From the NCBI GenBank assembly GCA_024277255.1, contig JAJRVQ010000197.1:40991-104990 (forward strand): a stretch of DNA of 64,000 bases, written 5' to 3'. How positions within the stretch are numbered: the stretch's first letter is position 1; the number at the start of each line of letters is the position of its first letter. Source of the DNA: Acidobacteriota bacterium (GTDB lineage Bacteria; Acidobacteriota; Thermoanaerobaculia; Multivoradales; SZUA-115). The position numbers were made by a program, and so were the translations under genes. Shown one piece after another: positions 35,640-43,151 of this stretch. The notes under the pieces were generated by a model. The model was not told the origin of the DNA. It did no database searches and saw only the letters and a program-made list of their open reading frames with translations.

Positions 35640-36776
35640 TCAATTGATGTCGAGTCGCGAGTCAGCCGCCGGACGGCCCAGCTTTCGAGCCGAGCAAGCG
35701 CCGGGGCGCACCGGGACGGGGCGCAACAGAGCTGCCAAGCGCCGCATCAGCTCTCCGCTGTCCAGCCGGCTCAACAGCATCACACCCAGCCCTTCCTGGC
35801 CGCTGGAGATTTTGTCTCGGGCGCCGCCGCTGTAGGGCGTTGCACCACTGTTGAGGCCACTATCGAGCGCCACCTCTTCACACAGGACACGCTGCCCCGG
35901 CGGGCCGACGAGGAGCAGATGGTCCTTCCCGCGCTGGCCCCAGCCGCCGGCCTCCGGCTCACCGCGTTCGATTTCGAAGACGCAATCGGACCACGCCAAG
36001 CGCAGCCACTGCTGGTAGGCCGGACGTAGAGTGTGACCGCAATCACCGGGCTGCAGGACCCCAGCCTCGGTCATCGAGGCGAGCAACTCTGCGGCGGCCC
36101 GCCGGTCCCTAGGCTGCAACAACGCGGCAACCTCGGACTTCGACAGCGCCGAGTCGAGCGACTTGCCCCGGTCTTTCCACAGCGCCACCACCAACTCGTA
36201 GAGCTGCGGCATCATGCAGATCATCTCCATCTCAGCCGGCAGATCGGGACTCGACAGGTGGCGCACCAAGCTGGCTACGATGTCATCGAGCCGCACCGGT
36301 TCACCGACGAAAGCGGTGTCACCGTCGCTGAAGCTGAACACCAGATGGTCGCCGCAAAGGAAGAACTCGCGAATCGTCGGCAGTTGCCCAGCTTCGCAGA
36401 TGCCGAAGCGCAGGCGGGCTTGGGGCCGTTCCAAAATGGCCAGTGAACGCTCCAGCCCTCCGCCGGCTTGCACCGCCGAACGACCACCGCCGCGCCGCCG
36501 GCAGATCAGATCTCCCGCGCCGAACAGCGAAGCCGCGGCGCGGGTGCGTTGTGCCCGCGACGTTCGACCGGCCTCCTGGCGTAGGAATGCGAAGGGCGAC
36601 TCGTCGCTCGGGTTGATGTAGCCGTTGTTGCTCAGCCATTCCAGGCCGGCTCGCGGCAGGATTCTCGGCTCCATTTCTATCGGATCCGACTGCATCGGAT
36701 CCGGGCCGGTCCTACGTTCAGCCAACGAGAGCGCCTTTACAACTGCGGGAGCGGTGCGAGGTGTCCAAGGGATCAT
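35640..36776 (-). CDS. hypothetical protein (no recognisable domain)
   Basis: Long open frame co-directional with the ntrC-like gene. Preferred start is ATG 36776 (AAAGGAA 4-5 nt upstream). The track ORF extends to GTG 36905, which has no SD. Confidence 0.55.
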   Translation of the reverse strand: MIPWTPRTAPAVVKALSLAERRTGPDPMQSDPIEMEPRILPRAGLEWLSNNGYINPSDESPFAFLRQEAGRTSRAQRTRAAASLFGAGDLICRRRGGGRSAVQAGGGLERSLAILERPQARLRFGICEAGQLPTIREFFLCGDHLVFSFSDGDTAFVGEPVRLDDIVASLVRHLSSPDLPAEMEMICMMPQLYELVVALWKDRGKSLDSALSKSEVAALLQPRDRRAAAELLASMTEAGVLQPGDCGHTLRPAYQQWLRLAWSDCVFEIERGEPEAGGWGQRGKDHLLLVGPPGQRVLCEEVALDSGLNSGATPYSGGARDKISSGQEGLGVMLLSRLDSGELMRRLAALLRPVPVRPGACSARKLGRPAADSRLDIN

Positions 36777-36964
36777 CGGTTTCCTTTCTGACCGCGGCCC
36801 GAGAATCGAGCCACCTGTGCCGAATGCCAGATCATCAACAGGAGATTCCATGGGATGGCGCAGAGCGACCAGCGACCCGAGAAAACGACGTGATTGTAGA
36901 TGCACTGAGGGTCTCAGGGCACTGGGATTCTCCGCATCTCATAGACAGACTCCCGATCACTAGG

Positions 36965-36979
36965 GCAAGGTGCGTACCA
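36965..36979 (-). promoter_or_regulatory. sigma54 (-24/-12) promoter TGGTACG-N4-TTGC
   Basis: Minus strand 5'-TTGGTACGCACCTTGCC-3' against consensus YTGGCACG-N4-TTGCW. GG/GC spacing is exact, with one mismatch in the -24 box. It sits upstream of the orphan/ntrC/HK operon. Confidence 0.5.
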
Positions 36980-37065
36980 AGAGCGGCTCAAAGAGTTATC
37001 TCAATGAATCTTCGAGTGTTAGCGCCATCTCCCCATCCAGCTGGCACCGAACCCGCGGCGGCGAA

Positions 37066-37082
37066 GCGGGAAATATTCCCGC
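37066..37082. promoter_or_regulatory. inverted repeat GCGGGAA-ATA-TTCCCGC (candidate bEBP UAS or operator)
   Basis: Perfect 7-bp arms, about 90-115 nt upstream of the sigma54 promoter at 36965..36979. Confidence 0.25.
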
Positions 37083-37124
37083 CCGCGGGTCCCCGCCTTG
37101 GCGCCGCTGAGGGGTTCCGGCGAC

Positions 37125-37152
37125 TTGACGCGGCGTCAACTCCGGATAGAGT
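37125..37152 (+). promoter_or_regulatory. candidate sigma70 promoter TTGACG-N16-TAGAGT giving a leaderless macA-like transcript
   Basis: TTGACG 37125..37130 lies within the palindrome TTGACGCGGCGTCAA (37125..37139). TAGAGT is at 37147..37152, then CCCCCC and ATG 37159. There is no SD. Confidence 0.4.
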
Positions 37153-37158
37153 CCCCCC

Positions 37159-38367
37159 ATGCGCCGCTGGATGATCCGCTTGTTGATCCTCATCGCCCTC
37201 CTCGCCGCCTTCTGGGCGCTGCGAGTTACCGTCTTCCAGGCCAAGCCGGTGGTGGTCACCGTGACAAGGCTGGACCGAGGCCCGGTGGAGGCGACGGTGA
37301 CCAACTCGCGAGCCGGCACTCTACGTAGCCGGCGCCGGGCGAAGCTCTCTCCGGAGATCGGCGGACGGGTCCGGCTCCTGCCCCGCCGCGAGGGCGAGCG
37401 GGTGGCGGCGGGAGAGGTGGTTCTCGCCCTCGACGACGAGGTCTATCAAGCCCGCTTGACCCTGGCCCAACGCGATCTGCAGGCGGCGCAAGCCGAAGAG
37501 GAACGTGCCTGTCTGGCGGCCCAGCGCGCGGCGCGCGAGTACCAGCGGCTGCGCACGCTCAGCCAATCCGGAATCATCTCCGAAGACCTGCTCGATCAAG
37601 CCCAGAGCCAGGCCGAGACTTCAGCCGCGGCCTGCCGTGCCTCCGGCGCCGGCAGCGCTCGCGCCGAAGCCGCCGTGGAGCTGGCCCGCTCCGAGCTATC
37701 CAAGACCGTCTTGCGCGCGCCGTTCGACGCGATTGTCGCCGATCTCTCGATCGAGGTCGGCGAGTGGACCACTCCCTCCCCCCCGGCCCTACCGGTGCCG
37801 GCGGTGATCGATCTCATCGACCCCGGCGCCATTTATCTAAGCGCACCGATGGACGAGGTCGACTCGGCGCACCTTCGTTCCGGTCTGCCGGCGCGGATCA
37901 CCGTCGACTCCCACCGCGGCCGTTCCTTTGCCGGAAGGGTGAAACGGGTGGCACCCTACGTTCTCGACATCGAGCAACAGAACCGAACGGTGGAGATCGA
38001 AGTCGAATTCGACGACTCCCAAGTTGCCGCGACCTTGCTGCCGGGAACCTCGGCGGACGTCGAGGTCATTCTCGAAGTGCACCACGAGGCTCTGCGCCTG
38101 CCGACCTCGGTGCTACTCGAAGGCGATCGCGTTCTGGTGATCGAGGAGGGCAAGCTGGTCGAACGCCAACTCTCGCTGGGCCTCTCCAATTGGGACTTCA
38201 CCGAAGTGCTCAGCGGAGCCGAGGCCGGCGATGAAGTGGTCGATTCTCTCGATCGACCGGAGGTCAACGCCGGTGTCAAAGTGATCGTCGAAGGCGAGGG
38301 TACGACGGCGACAGACTTGGCGCCGGCTAGCTCGTCACCAGCAGACGCGACAGCCGACCCGCCGTGA
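37159..38367 (+). CDS. efflux transporter periplasmic adaptor (HlyD/MacA family)
   Basis: N-terminal TM. Barrel-sandwich/coiled-coil pattern (AQRDLQAAQAEEERACLAAQRAAREYQRL...). RAPFDAIVADL. ATGA-type 4-nt overlap with the next gene. Confidence 0.85.
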   Translation: MRRWMIRLLILIALLAAFWALRVTVFQAKPVVVTVTRLDRGPVEATVTNSRAGTLRSRRRAKLSPEIGGRVRLLPRREGERVAAGEVVLALDDEVYQARLTLAQRDLQAAQAEEERACLAAQRAAREYQRLRTLSQSGIISEDLLDQAQSQAETSAAACRASGAGSARAEAAVELARSELSKTVLRAPFDAIVADLSIEVGEWTTPSPPALPVPAVIDLIDPGAIYLSAPMDEVDSAHLRSGLPARITVDSHRGRSFAGRVKRVAPYVLDIEQQNRTVEIEVEFDDSQVAATLLPGTSADVEVILEVHHEALRLPTSVLLEGDRVLVIEEGKLVERQLSLGLSNWDFTEVLSGAEAGDEVVDSLDRPEVNAGVKVIVEGEGTTATDLAPASSSPADATADPP

Positions 38368-39152
38368 TCCGCATGCAAGGGGTCTCCCGCACCTTCGAGG
38401 TCGGCGGTCGTCCGGTCCGCGCCCTGGACGATGTGAACCTGCACATCCGGCACGGCGACTACATCGCCATCATGGGGCCTTCCGGCTCCGGCAAGTCGAC
38501 TCTGCTCAATCTGATCGGCTGCCTCGATCGACCGACGCGCGGCAGCTACCATCTGGACGGCCGCCAAGTGGCCAGCCTCGACGAAGCGGAATTGACCCGG
38601 GTCAGACGCCACATGATCGGCTTCGTCTTTCAATTCTTCCACCTGATCAACCGACTTACGGCAGCTGGCAACGTCGAGTTGCCGATGATCTTCGCCGGCA
38701 TTGCACGATCCGAGCGCCGGCGACGGGTAGCAGAGGCGCTGGCTCAGGTCGGTCTGAGTGACCGCGCCGACCACCGGCCACAACAACTCTCCGGCGGCGA
38801 ACGGCAGCGGGTGGCCTTGGCCCGTGCCACGGTGATGGGACCGCGCATCTTGCTGGCCGACGAGCCGACCGGCAACCTCGACCAGAAGTCGGGACAGCAG
38901 ATTCTGGAGCTGATCGAGAAATTGAACGAGGACGGCCTGACCCTGGTGGTGGTCACCCACGATCCGAACGTGGCCCGGCGGGCGAACCGTATTCTGGTTC
39001 TGATCGATGGCAAGGTCGCGCAGGAGGTTCCGGGCGAGGAGATCGCCGAGGTGGTGGCCACCCTTCTGGCGGCCGCTCCGGCTGAGTCCGCCGAGCCGCC
39101 CGCCGATTCGGTCGCGGATTCGGCCACCAACTCAGCCACGGCGCCGGAATGA
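38364..39152 (+). CDS. ABC transporter ATP-binding protein (MacB/LolD type)
   Basis: GPSGSGKST, LSGGERQRVALARA, ILLADEPTGNLD, VVVTHD. Confidence 0.9.
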   Translation: MIRMQGVSRTFEVGGRPVRALDDVNLHIRHGDYIAIMGPSGSGKSTLLNLIGCLDRPTRGSYHLDGRQVASLDEAELTRVRRHMIGFVFQFFHLINRLTAAGNVELPMIFAGIARSERRRRVAEALAQVGLSDRADHRPQQLSGGERQRVALARATVMGPRILLADEPTGNLDQKSGQQILELIEKLNEDGLTLVVVTHDPNVARRANRILVLIDGKVAQEVPGEEIAEVVATLLAAAPAESAEPPADSVADSATNSATAPE

Positions 39153-40351
39153 GCCTCGCCGACGCCCTCCTCTACGCCCTGCGCGCCTTGGCCGGCAGCC
39201 GCCTGCGCACCGGCCTCAGCCTACTCGGAGTGGCCATCGGCGTCGCCGCGGTGATCATCTTGACGGCCTTGGGAGAAGGCGCTCGGCGCTATGTCGTCGG
39301 ACAGTTCAGCAACTTGGGAACCAATCTGGTGGTGGTGATTCCGGGCCACACCGAAACGACCGGCGTGGTCCCCGGAGTGACCGGCACACCCAACGACCTG
39401 ACGCTGGCCGATGCCGAGGCGATTGGCCAGCAGGTGCGTCAGGTACTCCACGTGGCCCCCATCTCCATGGCTACCGAAACGGTCGCCTTCGGTGAGCGCC
39501 GGCGGCAAATCGCCGTCATTGGAACCACTCGCAGCTATCTCGACGTACGGGATTTGGCCGTCCGCAAGGGCAAGTTCTTGGCCGCGGGGGAAGCCGATCG
39601 GGGATCCGCGCAGGTCGTTCTCGGCGATACCGTGGCCCGGGAGCTGTTCGGTGCCAGCAACCCGATTGGCGCCGTCGTCCGGGTCGGCAGCTGGCGCATG
39701 CGCGTCGTCGGGATCATGAAGCCCACCGGAACTCAGTTGGGCATCAACCTCGACGAGATCGTCTTGGTACCGGTGGCGACGGCCTTGCGCATGTTCAACA
39801 AAAGTTCGCTCTTTCGCGTCCTGGTCCGCCTCAAGGGCTACGCGGACCTCGATCGCGGGAGTAAGGCGGTGCGCCAACTGTTGATCGAACGCCACGGCGA
39901 GGAGGACTTCTCCGTCCTCTCGGAAGAGGCACTGGCCAGTACCTTCTCGGCGATTCTCACCGCACTCACTCTCGCCCTGGCCGCCATCGCCGCCGTCTCC
40001 CTCTCGGTGGCGGGGTTGGGAGTGATGAATGTGATGCTGGTCTCGGTTTCTGAACGGACCAGTGAAATCGGCCTGATGCGCTCGATCGGCGTGGCCCGCC
40101 GACAGGTCTTGCAGGTCTTCCTCATCGAGGCGATCATGCTCTCCGCTCTCGGCGGACTGGTCGGTCTGGCGGTCGGCTTGGCCGGGGTGCGACTCTTGCT
40201 TCACCTCTTCCCCGCCTTTCCAGCCTCATCGCCGGTATGGGCGATCACGGCAGCGCTGGCAGTTTCGCTGGCGGTCGGCGGCATCTTCGGCTTCCTACCC
40301 GCCCGCCGCGCCGCCGAACTCGATCCCATTGTCGCCCTGGGCCGGAGGTAG
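39149..40351 (+). CDS. ABC transporter permease (MacB_PCD + FtsX domains)
   Basis: N-terminal TM, a periplasmic domain of about 220 aa, and C-terminal FtsX-like 3-TM with ERTSEIGLMRSIGVARRQV. Confidence 0.85.
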   Translation: MSLADALLYALRALAGSRLRTGLSLLGVAIGVAAVIILTALGEGARRYVVGQFSNLGTNLVVVIPGHTETTGVVPGVTGTPNDLTLADAEAIGQQVRQVLHVAPISMATETVAFGERRRQIAVIGTTRSYLDVRDLAVRKGKFLAAGEADRGSAQVVLGDTVARELFGASNPIGAVVRVGSWRMRVVGIMKPTGTQLGINLDEIVLVPVATALRMFNKSSLFRVLVRLKGYADLDRGSKAVRQLLIERHGEEDFSVLSEEALASTFSAILTALTLALAAIAAVSLSVAGLGVMNVMLVSVSERTSEIGLMRSIGVARRQVLQVFLIEAIMLSALGGLVGLAVGLAGVRLLLHLFPAFPASSPVWAITAALAVSLAVGGIFGFLPARRAAELDPIVALGRR

Positions 40352-40355
40352 CCCG

Positions 40356-41552
40356 GTGCGCGACCTCCTCACCCTCACCGCCGGTGCTCTGGCCAGCCAT
40401 CGCCTACGCTCGCTACTCTCGATGCTCGGCATCGCTGTCGGCATCGCCTCGGTGGTGCTGCTCACCTCGATCGGCGAGGGTACCCGCGTCTACCTGGTCA
40501 GTCAGTTCAGCCAGTTCGGCACCAACCTGCTGCAGATCAACCCAGGCAAAGCCAAGACCGTCGGCATTCCCGGAGCTCTCGGCGGAACCACCCACAAACT
40601 GACCATCGACGATGCCGAAGCGATCGCGCGCCTGCCCGGCGTCGAGGATGCCATGCCCACCGCCTACGGCACCGCCCGCGTCGAAGCGCAGGGGCGAGCG
40701 CGTAGCGTGATCGTCTACGGCGTCACGCCGGCGATGGCCAACGTCTGGAAGTGGGGGGTACGCCGGGGTCGTTTCTGGCCGGCGGGGGATCCGCGACGCA
40801 GCTCACCACACACGGTGCTCGGCCCCACCGTGCTGCGCGAGTTGTTCGGCGAGGAAAACCCGCTCGGTCGCTTCGTGCGCATCGGTGGAGCGCGCTTCCG
40901 GGTCACCGGCATCATGCAGGCCAAAGGTCGCATGCTCGGCCTCGATATCGATGATTCCGTCTTCATCCCCGTCGCCTCGGCGATGCGGCTGTTCAACACC
41001 GACGAGTTGACCGAGTTGCACATCCTCTACACCCACGCCCAACTGGCCCAGCGGGTCGAGGATACGGTCAGAGCGCTGATGATCGAGCGCCACGGGGGCA
41101 ACGAGGACTTCACCCTGATCTCTCAGCAGGCGATGCTCGATGTCTTCGGCAACATCATGAACATCATCACCATGTCGGTGGGCGCCATCGCCGCCATCTC
41201 ACTGCTCGTCGGCGCGGTGGGAATCCTCACCATGATGTGGATTGCGGTCGGCGAGCGAACCGAAGAGATCGGCCTGCTGCGTTCGATCGGTGCCAGCCGG
41301 GAGCAGGTGCAATGGATCTTCCTGGTCGAGGCGGCACTGCTGGCGACTCTCGGCGGCCTCGCCGGTGTCGCCGGAGGGCTCGGCTTGTGTGCCCTCTTGC
41401 GCAGTCTGGTCGCCGGGTTGCCCATCCACACTCCGGCCCGCTTCGTCGTCGCCGCCGTCGGCGTCAGTCTGGCGACCGGCCTTCTGGCCGGGGTCTGGCC
41501 GGCGCGGCGAGCCGCCCACCTCGACCCGATCGAGGCGCTACGCGCGGAATAG
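40356..41552 (+). CDS. ABC transporter permease (MacB_PCD + FtsX domains), paralog
   Basis: GTG 40356 with GGAGG 7 nt upstream. ERTEEIGLLRSIGASREQV. Same architecture as the preceding gene. Confidence 0.85.
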   Translation: MRDLLTLTAGALASHRLRSLLSMLGIAVGIASVVLLTSIGEGTRVYLVSQFSQFGTNLLQINPGKAKTVGIPGALGGTTHKLTIDDAEAIARLPGVEDAMPTAYGTARVEAQGRARSVIVYGVTPAMANVWKWGVRRGRFWPAGDPRRSSPHTVLGPTVLRELFGEENPLGRFVRIGGARFRVTGIMQAKGRMLGLDIDDSVFIPVASAMRLFNTDELTELHILYTHAQLAQRVEDTVRALMIERHGGNEDFTLISQQAMLDVFGNIMNIITMSVGAIAAISLLVGAVGILTMMWIAVGERTEEIGLLRSIGASREQVQWIFLVEAALLATLGGLAGVAGGLGLCALLRSLVAGLPIHTPARFVVAAVGVSLATGLLAGVWPARRAAHLDPIEALRAE

Positions 41553-41630
41553 GCGAGGCGAGAGGTGAACGGTGTATCCTCCCCCACCAACCCCGGTCGA
41601 CTGAACTCGACCCGCGATATTCGACCCAGA

Positions 41631-42002
41631 ATGCAACGAGAGCCCATCTCCGTCTTCGGCCGTCTCGCAGGAGCGGTCCGCTACTCGCTCGCCGGCCTCA
41701 AGGCGGCACTGCGCCACGAAGCGGCCTTCCGCCAAGAAGTCGCACTGGCCGTAGTCGCCGTGCCCCTCGCCATCTGGCTCGGCGACGGCGGTGCCGAGCG
41801 GGCTCTGCTGGTCGGCAGCTGGTGGCTGGTGCTGATCGTCGAGGTCCTCAACTCGGCGATCGAGGCGGTGGTCGACCGCGTCGGCACCGAGCGCCACGAG
41901 CTGGCCGGCCGGGCCAAAGACCTTGGCTCGGCGGCGGTCTTTCTCTCCATCCTCCTGGCCTTGACGACCTGGGGACTGATTCTCTTCGCCAAGGGACGCT
42001 AA
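41631..42002 (+). CDS. dgkA: diacylglycerol kinase
   Basis: AAFRQEVALAVVAVPLA, EVLNSAIEAVVDRVGTERHELAGRAKDLGSAAV. Alignment by eye with E. coli DgkA favours ATG 41631. Confidence 0.85.
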   Translation: MQREPISVFGRLAGAVRYSLAGLKAALRHEAAFRQEVALAVVAVPLAIWLGDGGAERALLVGSWWLVLIVEVLNSAIEAVVDRVGTERHELAGRAKDLGSAAVFLSILLALTTWGLILFAKGR

Positions 42003-42334
42003 CCCTTCGGCTTGTCGACCCCCGCCGTCTCCTCGGCCGGGTCCTCGACCGTCTCCTCCGCCGGCTCCTCCACCTTGCCCCGGGTGTCGGACCAGGAGCT
42101 AGCATCCCCGGTCTCGAAATCGGTGCGGCTCTCATCACCGCGAGCCGAGTCCCAACCCCGCGTATCGCCCGCTTCGAAGTCGCCGTTGTCCTCACTCGAA
42201 CCCCTAGGTGTCGTCGATGAGCTGTGGGCGGAGACCTCATCCGCGGGCGTGTCGGCCGGCTCCTCCGCTGGACCACAGGCGAGCAGCACCGCGCCAAGGC
42301 CACAAACCAGAATCCAAGTACCCATCTGTCGCAT
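41999..42334 (-). CDS. small acidic lipoprotein
   Basis: GGAGG is 7 nt before ATG 42334. Lipobox LLAC. Asp/Glu-rich with repeated GDxxxW(D/S)xxRG and PAEET motifs. Confidence 0.6.
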   Translation of the reverse strand: MRQMGTWILVCGLGAVLLACGPAEEPADTPADEVSAHSSSTTPRGSSEDNGDFEAGDTRGWDSARGDESRTDFETGDASSWSDTRGKVEEPAEETVEDPAEETAGVDKPKG

Positions 42335-42450
42335 TCGTCTTCCTCCCGGGGTCCGTCCCTGAATCTGCGAACCGGCAGCCTAACCCAACCGCTCCCCATC
42401 GGCCAAACTCAGCGAACGGAGTCACACTTCTTCCCGATCGCGGAAATGAG

Positions 42451-42462
42451 GTACAATTGTAC
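42451..42462. promoter_or_regulatory. perfect palindrome GTACAATTGTAC, candidate TA operator
   Basis: Located 5 nt upstream of the PIN gene ATG (42468). Confidence 0.45.
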
Positions 42463-42467
42463 AAGTC

Positions 42468-42872
42468 ATGGCACCGCGAATCGTAGTCGATACTTCCGTC
42501 ATCATCGCTACTGTGACTCACGAGTCACAGCGACCGGCCTTGATCCAACTGACGGAAGGGGCAGAACTCTACGCTCCAACCTCGCTCGAGGCAGAGGTAG
42601 GCAACGCCTTCTCTGCAATGTTCCGGCGCCAGCGGATCACCCTAAGAGCAGCCAGGATGGCAGTATCCGCGTTCCACAAGATCGCCCTACGCCTCACCCC
42701 TCTGGATCTCGAACATGCTCTTGACCTCAGCAAACAACTTGGAATCTACGCCTACGACGCCTACTTCATCTCGTGTGCGCTCCAAGCCTCCGCACCTTTG
42801 CTGACCCTGGATGGCCGGCAACGCGCAGCGGCCAAGAAAGTCGGAGCCAGAACCTTGGAGTTGAACCCATGA
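42468..42872 (+). CDS. vapC: PIN-domain toxin (VapC family)
   Basis: Acidic residues in PIN positions: VVDTSVII (D8), LEAEV, AYDAYFI, LLTLD. Confidence 0.8.
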   Translation: MAPRIVVDTSVIIATVTHESQRPALIQLTEGAELYAPTSLEAEVGNAFSAMFRRQRITLRAARMAVSAFHKIALRLTPLDLEHALDLSKQLGIYAYDAYFISCALQASAPLLTLDGRQRAAAKKVGARTLELNP

Positions 42873-43087
42873 CCGTCTACACATTCTCAGAAGCTCGACA
42901 AAAGCTAGCGGCTGTTCTGGAAGAAGCCAAACGTGTCGGAGGAGTTCGCATCAAGCGGAGAGACGGCAGCGAGTTCCAGATCTCGCCGTCAAAACCGCTG
43001 CGCTCCGCGCTCGACGTCGAGGGCATTCCCCTGGACCTGACAACGGCGGAGATCATCGACGCAGTAAGAGAAGTTCGCGAACGCTGA
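42869..43087 (+). CDS. Phd/YefM-type antitoxin
   Basis: ATGA overlap with the vapC stop. MTVYTFSEARQKLAAVLEEAKRVGGVRIKRRDGSEFQISP is a typical Phd/YefM N-domain. Confidence 0.7.
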   Translation: MTVYTFSEARQKLAAVLEEAKRVGGVRIKRRDGSEFQISPSKPLRSALDVEGIPLDLTTAEIIDAVREVRER

Positions 43088-43112
43088 GCCTTGCCCGCCT
43101 ACTCTCGGGGGA

Positions 43113-43137
43113 GAGTCCGGCCGATAAGGCCGGACTC
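43113..43137. terminator. hairpin between convergent genes
   Basis: GAGTCCGGCC-GATAA-GGCCGGACTC, a 10-bp perfect stem between stops at 43087 (+) and 43152 (-). Confidence 0.55.
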
Positions 43138-43151
43138 CGTACCCCGACTCG

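Noticed and set aside
37042-37056. Plus-strand TGGCAC-N5-CCGC as a sigma54 promoter for the macA operon
   Set aside because: The GG/GC spacing is right, but the -12 box is CCGC instead of TTGC. A better sigma70-like TTGACG-N16-TAGAGT lies directly at the gene start. I keep it only as a weak alternative.
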